From Mizuhopecten yessoensis (Eukaryota), in NCBI RefSeq assembly GCF_002113885.1, contig NW_018407984.1, positions 565,473-629,472 of the forward strand: a stretch of DNA of 64,000 nt, written 5' to 3'. Below are positions 1-13,218 of the stretch, piece after piece. A model generated the notes under the pieces. It searched no databases, was not told the origin of the DNA, and saw only the letters and a program-made list of their open reading frames with translations. Numbering within the stretch: position 1 is the first letter of the stretch; every line of letters starts with the position of its first letter. The translations under genes were made by a program, and so were the position numbers.

Positions 1-2217
1 ACTATTCCTCAAATATCTTCGTCATTAACATGAGTTTGTATTTAAACGTGAATTTGTAATAAATATTTGCCTCCGCAAAGCCCTTTAAGATACTTTGACA
101 CTGTTTGAAAACGACATAGGTGTATGATTATTTGTACATTTAGAATTAGAATTATGTTGTTTAAAACTCGACGATACTTGAACACGTCATGTGTTCATTG
201 TAGAAAGTTTCATGTAGCATAACCAGTGAAGTGTTTATGTGTGACATTTTAATGACTAGTATGGTTCTTACTCGGTCACCTTCATCAGACAATGACCAGT
301 TAAGCGTTTGTACAAAAAGGTGTAAAATATGTACAAGATGGCAACATAAAGTCTATAAGTTATAAGTGTAAGAAAACTTAAGAAACGTAAGAAAGTTATA
401 TATATATAAAATGACATATCAAACCGACAAGCCGATTAGGATATGCTTGGCTTAAATCTGTTGATGTCATTATTTATGAGTTATAATTAGTTACCTTAAG
501 TACGACTGACGAGTCTTCAATGAACAAATTGGCTATGTTGTGCAGTAAAATGTTAACATTTTTTGGCGTTCTGCATCGACAAATTAACATGTTAAACAGG
601 CGGTTCCTTACTTCCTGTTTATAGTAATTGTTAGTGTTTTCTCTAAATGTACTTGAATAACTTTGAACAGCTTATTTATTTTTGAGAATATTTACGGTAG
701 CAAACCATACATTCATCTAAGTTAAATCATGGTGACAATAAATGTGATCCATACAATAAGACCGAGAAGAAAGATTTCCTGATAACCAGTAAATAATTAG
801 AGACAAAATCACTTAGAAACACTAACCGCTGTAATTTATTCTAAGTAGTTAGTTTTATCTCTGAAAGATTGTCTTATAAATTTGAAGATTTTTTTTTTTA
901 AAAGTGGAATATTCGTGTTTTATTATATGACATTTTGAATAAAGTACTACATCTAGCTCAAATAAGCCATTTAAAGAAGCTTTAAAATACATAGGTTACA
1001 ATTTGTTCCTTCTTTGAATACATCAATCTGATGTTCTAATTTAGATGATAAATTTCAAATAACAAAAGTAAGGAAACTTATGATTAGGATTATCAGAGTA
1101 TATAATAATAGCAGCCAGTCTGATATGTTATCTTTCAAATAATTTAAATTCTTGTTAAAGAAATATTATCTTGTATTGTGATTTAAAGGAAATTGGAAGG
1201 AGTGCTCTTTTTCTCAATAGTTTTACAGATTTTGTAAAGTTTCCAGTAATATTTACGTGCGGCCATTAGCTATTTCCAGGCCCGTTTCACACATATTCTA
1301 TATTTCGTGAGCTATTTACCAAGATAAATGTCTATAGCCGTTATATGTCATCAACGTATTCCTTTCAAAATCTTAACAACATTGATGTGTCAATTCTTAT
1401 ATCACTTAGGGTATGGTTATCTTTTCAGGGTTTACGTCTTCATAGCAGCTAACTTTATGATATACTAAGAAAGTATCTGTAACTGTTTTTATGTTCCTAT
1501 GAAACACCAGAAGTTATACTGTAATATGATATAATAGTAAGTATATCTCACTAAATAATTATCGCTACTGACCATACCCACTTTACACATGTAGGGTGTC
1601 CAAGTCGCGAGGAGGTGCGAACATCCTAACGGTCAAACAACTGGGAACGCTGTAAACGGAAGTGACCATCCCTCGTGTGATACTGATCTAACAGAAATGA
1701 TCATGGAGATGTCTTTGAGGACGGGTCGGTGAAGGTTTACCAATGTGTGGTCGACCCTCTCACTGATTTTATCAATAAAATAGTGTTTCAAATTACTGGT
1801 CAGTCTGTCTGTATGTGTTTGATTACAGGATACTGACCATGCCTTCTTTAACACTTCAATCGGTCAGCTGATGGTCATCGTTATTTGATGTGGTCATTAG
1901 TAGCATCAATGTCCGTGCGGGAAGAAAATCACAAAACTAATAAGCATAACTTCCCTGTTTACACAAGGCTTCCGATTTTCAACTCGAAGAATTTTCATGG
2001 TTATTTGCTAAACATTTATCGTGTGACAAGGATTAAATAATATGTAAAAAGTAATGCGTATGGAAATGTCTGTATTTTATTTCCTCGGCTTAAATACATC
2101 ATATCCTATGAGTAAGACTAAAATCAAAACACAAGTATAATAATAAATTATTTAATATGGCATTAATTTGCGAGGAAGGTTAATAGGGAACTTTACGAAT
2201 TCACAAACATTTAGACT

Positions 2218-2400
2218 GAGTGTGCTTTTACCCCGAAGTGTGCTTTTTACCCCGAAGTGTGCTTTTTACCCCGAAGTGTGCGTTTTACCCCGAAGTGTGC
2301 TTTTTACTCCGAAGTGTGTTTTTTACCCCGAAGTGTGTTTTTTACCCCGAAGTGTGCTTTTTACCCCGAAGTGTACGTTTTACCCCGAAGTGTGCTTTTT
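2218..2400. repeat. 19-bp minisatellite (GAAGTGTGCTTTTTACCCC)n, about 9.5 copies
   Basis: Tandem unit directly visible; explains the repetitive ORFs 2168-2446 and 2220-2480. Confidence 0.95.
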
Positions 2401-5400
2401 CTCTTTTAGGTACCTTTGTACTGCATCTCTCTTTCGAAACATTTAAGTGTCACCAGGGTAATCACGGCCTACATACATAAACTGATCTATTTGCACATCA
2501 AGGGTCTCTCTCGTTAATCACATGGTGACCAAAGGCTTATGTTGCCTTTTTAAAACAATAGTTACTCAATACCTTAATGTATATAACTCATTAACGTTTC
2601 TTATTACAAAAACGAATAGTGTAATTCTTGTGCAGTAATACAATGACATTTTGATTCGTTTTATTTTAAAATCTTTCCCAGAACAATCTGTTTACGTGAA
2701 AACCCTGTTAATCTGAAGAATTATTTGTATGGTTGTTCTTTTCATGAACAGAAATCTTCGAAAATATTTAAATAGAGTTATTCGAGGAGGTATCCTGAAA
2801 TTTTAATGCTCGCTATAATGAAGTGATTCACCGTATCAAATTGATATCTGTGTAGCTGAAAAAAACAACGTCATTTATATCCAAACAGGTGGTGGATCGA
2901 GGAAATACATAACGTGAAAAATCAGGAAAGATTTTTAAAAAGTGGACCAATCTACACGCCAAAGATAATGTTTTTAATGCTGTTCAAGACGATCATTTCT
3001 TTATTATGTAAATATTTCTTTAGTACCTATCGGCTGGGCGTTGTATTAAGTTCAATCTTCGAGATTTAATTTCAATAATCAGAAGAAATACGATGTAAGG
3101 GAGTACCTACCGTATTTACGAACTTAGAAGGACGATGTAGAAAGCATTACAAAATAAGCACTCCTACTGCAATGATACCAACAACTCGCCAATTTTTTAT
3201 CAGTGTTCAAATATAAATATATATCCAGTGTGTTCCTTGACATATTTTAACTTGAGCTGAAATGGCACATTAACTGAGAATGATTTTTTAAAAACTTTAT
3301 TGCATTTGCATCCAATCAAAGTTACATTATATGGACCAATCAGCGAATTAACACGTCCCCTCACGTGTAGAGAATATAGCAAAGGAGAAAGATGTCAATA
3401 GAGGCACACTTATAATAATACACAATGTCAGCTTGAAGGTACAAGATCATTTACAGATTACAGAATTACAGAAATACAGATTGCGCACAAATATATAGTT
3501 CAGTTCAAATGTTTTTTTTATTCACAAACATTTATAATACATTATACAAACATGGTTGAACACACATGAATAGGACACAGAAACAAGGGTTAAGGTAACA
3601 GATTTATATAAGTGTATTTTATCGTAACTAGCATTAACAGCTATAGCTTCAGCGATAGGGACGTGGACAAGTATAGTATACAGGGGGTGAAAAGTAGAAA
3701 CGAGTTGGAGACATTCAGTGAAACAATGGTACATGTTCACAATATCATATTCCATAATTACAGTTGATTGTGGCGTAAACAATACATATTGTTGTGTTAT
3801 TTAAACTTCAGGTCAGACATTGGCTATTGAATTAAATATGATTAAGAAAGAAAGTAAAATGCCTCATTGTTAAATTCAATTTACATGTACTTTGCCTGAT
3901 CAATGATAGTGTAGTACTATGATTATAATGAGCATGTGGATGATCTTTCTATAAGATCATTAATTTAGTACTGCATTGTGATTTTTTTTTTGTTTTTGTT
4001 TTTTTATCTAATAGCGACTTAATCAATGAAATTACGATAAACATATATGGACAACGTTAAACACTCCAGTGTGCTAGCAAATGACAACACCTGCTTTAAG
4101 ATCTGGGATATTCGAAGATACCATTTAAAGTTTAAACATATTTAATTGTCTAAACAGAAGACATACAGGCGTAGTGATTCGCCAGAACGTTCTCCAACTT
4201 ATGAGATACCTCAACGAAAGGCGTTTGAATAAATGTTTATTTAGCTCAATTAATGGAGACAGTACTTCTGTCAAAACAGTCCTCCAACGAAGCTCTGACG
4301 AGTCTTTGTTATTTCTTCGTCATCCTTGTACTACATAGCCATCCGAGGAACGTATCTTTGGTTATTATACTGGTGTTAAGGGCAATCAATGTTCACTTTT
4401 ACCCAGATTTGGTAATAGAGAATCAATGATAGAAATGATAGGAACGCACATGGCATTGCACACATTTGCTCTGACCAAATCGTAGATTAGGAAACATTTT
4501 CCAGTTCCATAGACTTTCCTTAATTTATTGAAATTCCCTTAATAAAAACACCATATGAGAGCATTGCAGAAGGTAAAGGATATGTCAAATACATTTTTTT
4601 CTCCTAATCCAATAATAATTTTCTATGGAAAAACTAAACTACAGAGTTTCCTCACGTGAAGTAAAATTTGTGAATCTGGCGCCTGGTCCTCAATGCAAAA
4701 TGTTGAAATTTCGTGAGCCACATCTCAGAAAGGATACACTAACAAAGATAGAATATAGATATAACCTGTCAGATTTTGTTTGAAAATTTTGAAAGGCGAT
4801 GCATACTTTTAAAAGGATTTCATCATAATTCTTTTCCAAACAAATATTAACTGGTTGATTGTAAAATGACCTCGCGTTAATTTGTTAGTATAAAACATTA
4901 TCAACATCAAAAAATCTTGGCAGTTCTTTGTCATAACCATTGAAGTTGTCTCACTTAAATTAATTTCTAAAAAATTGATCCGTTATTTAAAATATTTTGT
5001 CATTTAATTAAATCATCAACAACAATATCGACTGTTTATGTTAATCATAAGTACAAGATCGACTCAATGATCCCGCTCTGGTCTACTTCCTATCTGGTAA
5101 AGGGGCGTCACAATAACCACCTTGTTAAGAACACAGTAAAAATGGTAACCTAGACAAATAAGATTGAATATTTACATATGAAGTAAAAAGAAAATATTAG
5201 CACAATGACAAAATCTAAATTCATCCTCAACACATTAAAAAACACCAGCTCACATCGAGTTTTAATCACCAAATGATAGCCGCCATCTTTCTTTGTGGTG
5301 TGACGATGATAACATTTTGCCGTGATGATACACTAATCTGTAAAATACTAACTTGGTTTTTGTATCTTTCCTCGTTATTGTAATGATATTTTCATGATTG

Positions 5401-7879
5401 TATGTGTAAATTACAGATATACATATTGTTTTAACTAAAATCATTTAAATTTAAGTAACGATGTTGGTTCTGGAATGGATACTTTTTTATTACAATTTCT
5501 ATTATCAATTTCAACATTATTTATATAAAACACATTCTATATTGTCATATCAACTCAAATAAACATGTTTTATAACTACACTATTGTGTATTTTAATGAA
5601 AAAAATTGATGACCTCTGCACTATATATCGTATTTGATTGACACATCCCTGTAGCACACGAGTAAATTGGATTGTTCTGAAAATACAAAGGGTTATTGAC
5701 AGACCAGGGTTTTGTCCTTATGCATGCTAACTTGAAGATCAAATATTTACGAGAAAGGCAATTTCATTGTAAACAAAAATTACAAAGAAAATTGATTTTT
5801 GTTTTATATTTAATGTTGAACTAGCATATAAGAATAGGAAAATACTAGAAAAAACTGAGATTTTCCTGTATTTCATCTAAACCAACACTAACAATAAAAT
5901 ATTTGCATACACATCGACCCCGATAACCAGCCCCCTCCCCCTTATCCTCAGAGGTCTCACGTAGAACAGAATGTCCCAGAGGTCTACCCGCCTCTGATCG
6001 CAGCCACACTTGCTGAAGACGAATTAAAGATGGTTTAATCATCGGAGCTACATGTTGTAATTAAAGTAATCCTTACAAGAGATGTCTGGTTATCATGTTT
6101 ATATAACTCGAGTCAGTTAATTTTCAAATCGTATAAAGACACAAGGTTTACCAAGTGCTTTTGCAATATGGAAATTAAGTACTCAGAGGTATTTGGAGAT
6201 TTATAGATTTTTAGTTTCACAAACTTTTCTTAACATCAGTTTATCTATAGTAAAAGAAAATGCTGGGGTAAAAGAAAAATGTAGCGAGTGAAACGTTACC
6301 CATTTAGTAATGCTTTCCCACAGAAAACTAAGGTAACGCTCGTGAGATAGTAGTCCTGTGTAAGTAAAAATGGTATTTCAAATTATATGCTGTCTCCTCA
6401 TGACCTTGTATGAAAATTTAACTGAATACTTATACAAAATACATTTTTTAATTATTTATTAACAAGAGATTTTATTTAGTGCGCCGATAATAAGTTATGA
6501 TATCAATTGCATTTTTGTGTTATTACTTCATTTAAGTTATGGTACTCTCAATATAATATCGGCATCTAACTTTATACAAACTCGTCGCCTGTCAGAATAT
6601 GACAAATAATAAGATAGGAAAGCTTGCATTTAATCCATGTGTAATTGATTATTTGCAATTAATTAATTTCACTCTAAGCGATATGTTGCATCTACAGCTA
6701 ACACTTCACTTCATACCCCCAATGCCTACTTGTGATCTCATTAAGGCTATTTCACGTAAGTGGACCATCTGTCAGCTTGGTAAGACGGAAGCGATTTATT
6801 TATTTATTTATTTTGTATATTGAAATACTATCTTGTTATAATTATTAAAAATAAAAATCGATTCATGAAGGTGTTCCACAGTATTGACAGCAAATAACAT
6901 AAAATCAGGTCAAATATATATATCAGCTGAAATTAAATACCTTTACAAAATGCACATTATTGGTATTAAGATCACTCAGTCATTTGGATTTGAAATTATA
7001 ATAAAAAAATTGCATAGTGGTTACAGCTTGAAAACCTTTTACCAGATTTCCTCGTTCAGGGCTTATATGGCAGAGACATTACAGGGAAAAAAATAACTTC
7101 TGAAAATCGGAAATCATTTATTTAATGAAAATATTCAAACCCCATATTTGATACTAGTACTGACAAAACCTGTATATAAGACATGGCAATATTCAGGCTG
7201 TTTCATATTGTGTTGTATTCTTTTATAAATATAAGGAAATTGATTTGGGGAAAAAAATAATATAATATTAAAATAAATAAATAAATTCATGAAATTGTTT
7301 TAGAAAATCGTCTTTGATGCTGACGAAGAAGACATGGCAATACTCAGGTTTCGTTTCTTTTCTATTCGTCTTTAAGGGAAATCGATGTGAACAAAATATA
7401 AATAAGTAAATACATTTGTAACGTTATCGTTCTTAACAGAGAGATCCTTATCACCCATGTTTTACACAGATATTAGACATTACTTACGGTTGAAATGTCG
7501 CCATTTATTTCAACATTTTTTTATCTCATTTTTTCTTTATGTATATGCACATGTTTTAATCCTCTTTACAGAATAATTTATAATCACTTCAATAAACATG
7601 TTATATCAATAATAAATTCTCAATACTTACAGATTTACGTAAATGATGTCGGCAATTTTTATCACTGTTAAGAATTTATTTTAGACCGAAGAGACAAAAT
7701 ATTCCTACCTAGAGAGGAAACTGTGGTCGTCTCTCCGTTTATTTCTGTGCTAAACTTGTCGGATTGGTAAAACAGATTATCATACAATATCGATAAAACC
7801 TATAAAGTGTTTATACATAGCAGAAACACGTTCAGTAGCACTTCTGTATTTTAATAAGATTTCTCTATAATATCTTTTG

Positions 7880-8695
7880 CCCGCCTCTATATCTTAAAAT
7901 ACCCGTTTTTTCTCCTTCATCAATCATAAATGCCCCGCCCCCTTCGACAACGCGTCGCTTTATACCAGGCAGTTGCGAACGCAAAACTTCTACGAGTTCT
8001 TTTTCATTATCATTTTTTTTGTCAATTGGGGACAAAAAATGAAATTGAAAGTGACAACCCCAACACAACAGTGATGCTTTAATCGCGACCCGTTCAGGTA
8101 TATTCTGTCTGTGTAATATTATGCAGAACTTAAGTCTCGTAGTTTGCTCCAGGTCTCTAGTCGCCAGTGTAATCCGATTGAAGACTCGGCCACGCCCATT
8201 TCACCTCAGGTGAAAGAGAAATGAACAGCGCTGTAATTCTGCAGATACCTGTGTAGTTTTTACCTGCGAGACACGCCCCCGTTTTGTCAATCTTACGGTT
8301 GTATTTCGATGAATCCCAAAGTGACATTCTGGAGACAAATTAGTTTTGCTTCGGTTAATTTTAAACAGTATAACTGCTATCACGTGACTAATCTGATCCA
8401 ATGGATTTGTCCATCGGTGATATAAAACATCGGTACAATCAAAAAGGCAAAACCTCTGATAATTGATTGCATACCTGAAAAATGAACTTACTCAGCACAG
8501 GTAAAACTGTATCAGTAATAGGCTTAAAGGTGCGATTTGTCTCCTCATTTTACAAACTACATTATAACTGGTGACTATTCACCGTGGATAACAGAAATAC
8601 ATTTGTGTGGGATTTCCCTTGTCCGTGATCGTGAATCTAGAGTACCTGAGGGAGACAGAGGACTATATACTAGTGACGAAGAGACGTTATCACTG
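7880..8695 (+). promoter_or_regulatory. Putative Pax3/7 proximal promoter / 5' UTR
   Basis: Locally GC-richer DNA just upstream of the ATG, with GC box GCCCCGCCCC (~7932), CCAAT (8398) and TATAAAA (8421). TSS not determined. Confidence 0.45.
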
Positions 8696-8777
8696 ATGTA
8701 CCCAAACAAGATGATCAATAACATGTTCTCCTACCACCTGGCTGCTATGGGGCTGCTCCCAACATTTCAGATGGAAG
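8696..8777 (+). CDS. Pax3/7: Pax3/7 coding exon 1 (MYPNKMINNMFSYHLAAMGLLPTFQME-G)
   Basis: ATG at 8696; donor G|GTATAT at 8777/8778 in phase 1 joins exon 2 to give ...[14 protein letters not shown], the usual lead-in to the Pax3/7 paired domain. Confidence 0.8.
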
Positions 8778-11700
8778 GTATATACAGTATATATATAAAT
8801 ACAAATTGTATTGTTTGTGCTTTAATATACGCCTCTTCATAATGTATTTTACTGCAACTTCAGATGTAATAATAACAGTTTTATTTACAGAATAAGAACG
8901 TCATTAACGACAGAGTGCTTACGACGGAAACGTGTATTAGAAGGAATTTTAAAAAGAATATGATATAGCAGGGTTGTAATTGAGAACTAATCAATTAAGT
9001 CTTAGCTTTTTATCCAGGCGGTTGTGAATAACTAGTTGTTTAGGCTGATAAACATTGTCATAAGGATATTACATGTCATTGTCTGTAATTTGACACTCAT
9101 TACATTCAAGAGATGGGAATGAAATGTAAACAATCATAAAATTAACTCGCTTTACTAAATCACGTTTACAATGACACGGATTAACGTCCGGTACGACTCG
9201 CGTCGTCTAGGAATTAGTAATATACAAACTTCTAATCTAAAATCTGATTTTCAAAATAAATTGATTTCCTGTAACCGAGACGAAACGTTTCAAGTCCGTC
9301 CACTTCCACGGTGATATGTTATGGTGTAGCACGGCCTAATTTACTGTAAACAGTATAAATTTGCGCCAGCATGCTCCGTGAAATGTTTTAATTGGCCCCG
9401 CGTCAAGGTACGAGCGAGTACTGTGATAGTAGTTTCGGGTAGTATCCAGGAAGTAGTTTTCAAAATGCACACATTTTAATAGTTTCAATGACATCAAAAC
9501 TATCAAAAAATATGGATTTAAAAAATGTGCATTTAACAAAAGTATTCACTTATAAACTGGTGATTTCTTTCGAAAAGCCGGCCTTTAGAATTAAAGTGAT
9601 CAGCGCCTCCAATAACGGCCTAAATCGCACTGATGATAATATTCTCGAATGTTGTTTCTAAACTTTAAAATATATTAAAACTCATGATGCATTAACTGAC
9701 CTGCACAATCTGGTAATGTAATTATCAGTGTGAATCTCTTTATTGAAAGGTCATTTGATCTGAGGAAGGCAGGCTTGCAACGTGATATAAGTATGTTTAA
9801 CGTTATATATTCATATACACGTGATTTTTTGTTTGTTTTTCTTTTTGTGTTATTCAATGTGTTAATTTCAAGTCTGGTTTATATAATGTGATATATCTGT
9901 GAAATGCAATAAATTGAATTAAATATATTTTGGCATTTTAAATAAAGAAATAGGAGGTTTACTTGAAAAAACAATACACTAAACAATGTTATTTTACACG
10001 CTTCGTAGTTTCGAAGTATATTTCAATTGTAATAGGTACCAGTAATACGTGATAACAAATTTAACCAATCGTATTGTCTTAATTGTGTGGATCCTGTACA
10101 TGTAATTTAACGGAAGACTAAACATCATTAAAAGCTGTTACTTCAGTATAAACTTTTAACCTAATAGATTTCGTTAGCTAAATTATTTTGTAAAGATTTA
10201 AGAGCTCTTTGAAGCGCTAGTAATTTCTAAATTAAATTTAAATCCAGATGTATATGTGACGTCGCCATATTTGCTATCGTTTGAAAATTTTGGAACTAAA
10301 GTTTAAAAGTTTTGTCTCGCTCGATCAGAAACTGATTAGGGGCGCTTTGGTATTAAAGCATATCGACTCAAAGGGCGCGACCAGATTTGGTAGACCCCGG
10401 GTTCCCTTTGAGGGTACATATAGACCAATTGATATTTCATTGGCCAGAGTTAATTGATTGTAAGATACATAGCTAGGGTTAGATGATGGAGAAATGCACC
10501 AGCTTGTATGGTAACGTGATCCTATTCCACTCCCCGGTCGTTCTCCCCCTCCCCTCCGTTAGAACCCGATACAGGGCCCTACTGCCGATTTCCGTCATTG
10601 TTTCTAGCAAAATTATTCATGAAACTAATTTGCATATCAGATGATTAGATAAAAATTCACGCTCACAAGATCAGTTTGTATGAGACTTGTACGCAGGTCG
10701 TTTATCGTGTATGTGCATATAAATTGCTGGCGACAGGTGCGTGGGGGAATTTTACACATTCAAAAATGATGGGATTTGCTCGTATGGAGACCGAGGCTTT
10801 GTTGAAAGGTAGGGCACACGTCTAGATATACATATAGGTCGGACAGAAATCTCGCTTTTAACACTGTATGTAAAAGTCTGAAGGATTTCATGGTTTTTGT
10901 GGTTGACTTGGCAATGCGGGTAATTCAGATCTACCGGTCAATCGAAGCTATGAAATCGCCTATCCGTGAACATTTCCATATGTCATGGTATATTACGTTT
11001 ATACACGCGCACGAGCCTCCTCGCACGATTTATTACCAAATAGAGATAAACTTCATATCGATCTATCAAAGTAATGTGTAAATACATGTACATTAATTAT
11101 TGCATGAAATTTTGATAAGTCAAAAATCGCATATAGGAAAAACCACAATAATTGTTTCTGTAAATAATCTTTTTAAACGTGTCGTTTATTATAAGAAAAT
11201 ACATATTTCGTAATGTATATGCTTTTAGAACAACCGATGTGTACTTCATAAACGGGTGGTGTTTAACGTGAATTTATAGCATTAACTATACTTAACAAAT
11301 AGGTACATGATAAATGCTGAAAATCACCCACGTGCTGTCCGCAAGTATCAACACATACCACGTGTTCATTTAGGACATATTGTTTGCGGTTTACAGTTAC
11401 ATGAATTTGAAATTTGTTAATTTTCTAACATTTCGTCTGATTGAAATATATATAATGGTTTATTTAACACGACCAGTGAATATTCCTGGTTGTCTGATAT
11501 ACATTATTATTTATGTTAACAAACAAAATAAATAGGAAAGTGTTGTTTATCAGAAGAGAAATCCTTAGTTGGAAAAAAGATCAGATTTAAGGGATAAGTA
11601 TGATATATCGTCTGCAACAGGTGCTACACTAATGGTATATAATCACAAAAAAACCCCATTAAAGTCTACTTGTTAAAAACAATTCATTTAGAGTCATCAA

Positions 11701-12669
11701 ATTTATCAAAAATTTTAATTTTGGCACACTTTCTTAACCCTAACCTGGCGTTTAATTCAAACATTTCCAGAAACATACTGAGAAAAAGTATATAAAGACT
11801 TACAGAAAATATTTAAGTGGTCACAATATTTGCTTTAATGTTTTACTTACCTCTGATGACTATACTTTATATATAGGATAACACGAATAGGATCATGTTG
11901 ATTCCTTTTGATTTCATTTTAATATGATTAAGCTTTATCATATTTTTTGGTAATCATGATTATTAAAGTGCAAAAGCTACTTGAGCACAATTTATGTGAA
12001 CCACACACATTATGTGAATTGTCTCCCAGATAACAGGCAACTTTTTGGTTATTGATAAAAAGATATCTTAACATGGGACAATAAAACTAACATTAACGCA
12101 CTTCATGTCATACACAAACAGCCTGTAACAGATTGATTAAAAATAGAATAAACAAATTCACTTAATTTAGGGAAAATGCTGTTATATTTTTCGCTATTTC
12201 CACCATTTTTTTTTAAAGATAAAACAAAAATGTCTAATTGCAAAAATATACAGGGTCACAAGAGGTATGCCGATCTTGTAATATAACGTTCTGTTCAGTA
12301 AACTATTTGTAAATTAGAACTCCGCTATATTTGCAGAAACACATATCTCGCTTGGCCGAACCCCTGTGCTAAAATGGATCAAACATATTAATTATTTAGA
12401 CTGATGATTGTTCCTGACTTAATGGATAAAATCCCAATCCCATTTTTTTTTTTAGTGAAATGTGAAGTTCAAGTAACCATGCAAGCAAAATCAACATCAA
12501 AGAACATGCAAAAATAAAAGCATGTTCAACCAAATTCGATTAAGATAAAATGAATACAATTGTTTTATTGACAATGTAGTAAGTTTATATGATGGAATTA
12601 TTGAAATTAAAATATGCATTTAACCTCAACATGTTTAATATTAAAAGAATGTTATTTTTTTGTTTATAG

Positions 12670-13218
12670 GTCAAGGTCGAGTAAATCAACTTGGTGGAGT
12701 TTTTATAAACGGGCGACCCCTCCCAAATCATATCCGCCTGAAAATAGTAGAGCTGGCTGCACAGGGGGTGCGTCCGTGCGTCATCAGTCGTCAGCTAAGG
12801 GTTTCCCACGGCTGTGTGAGTAAGATACTCCAGCGTTACCAGGAGACAGGCAGCATCCGCCCGGGGGTAATCGGCGGCAGTAAGCCTCGAGTCGCCACCC
12901 CGGAAGTGGAGAGAAAGATAGAAACATACAAAAGGGACAATCCAGGTATTTTTAGCTGGGAGATACGGGATAGGCTACTGAAGGAGGGAATGTGTGACCG
13001 TAGTTCCGTCCCTAGTGTCAGTTCTATCAGTAGGGTACTTCGGAGTAAATTCCATCGTTCCGAGTCCGAGTCGGACCTGGAGGCGGAAGCGATCCTGAAG
13101 GAAGAGGAGGAGGAAGCCAATGGCATCGCTGATGATATGAGCATTAGCGACAGAGGCGGAAACAAGCACAGTATAGATGGCATTCTGGCTGACAATAAGG
13201 ACGATAAGACAGACGATG
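12670..13218 (+). CDS. Pax3/7: Pax3/7 exon 2: complete paired domain, acidic linker, octapeptide HSIDGILA
   Basis: [30 protein letters not shown]...SSISRVLR; acceptor tttatag| at 12669, donor G|GTGAGT at 13218. Confidence 0.97.

Noticed and set aside
500-535. Hammerhead-ribozyme-like CTGACGAG...GAACAAA
   Set aside because: No intact GAAA core and no convincing stems; other CTGATGA hits (e.g. 22060, 22189) also lack the structure.
1633-1854. 73-aa minus ORF with faint resemblance to a Penelope RT (KISERVDH..KD)
   Set aside because: Similarity too weak to support without a search.
2168-2480. Repetitive ORFs (FYPEVCFLPRSV...)
   Set aside because: Artefact of a stop-free 19-bp minisatellite; no spacers, so not a CRISPR array.
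7100-7420. Diverged duplication of about 150 bp (AAGACATGGCAATA.TCAGG twice)
   Set aside because: An old local duplication with no functional signal.
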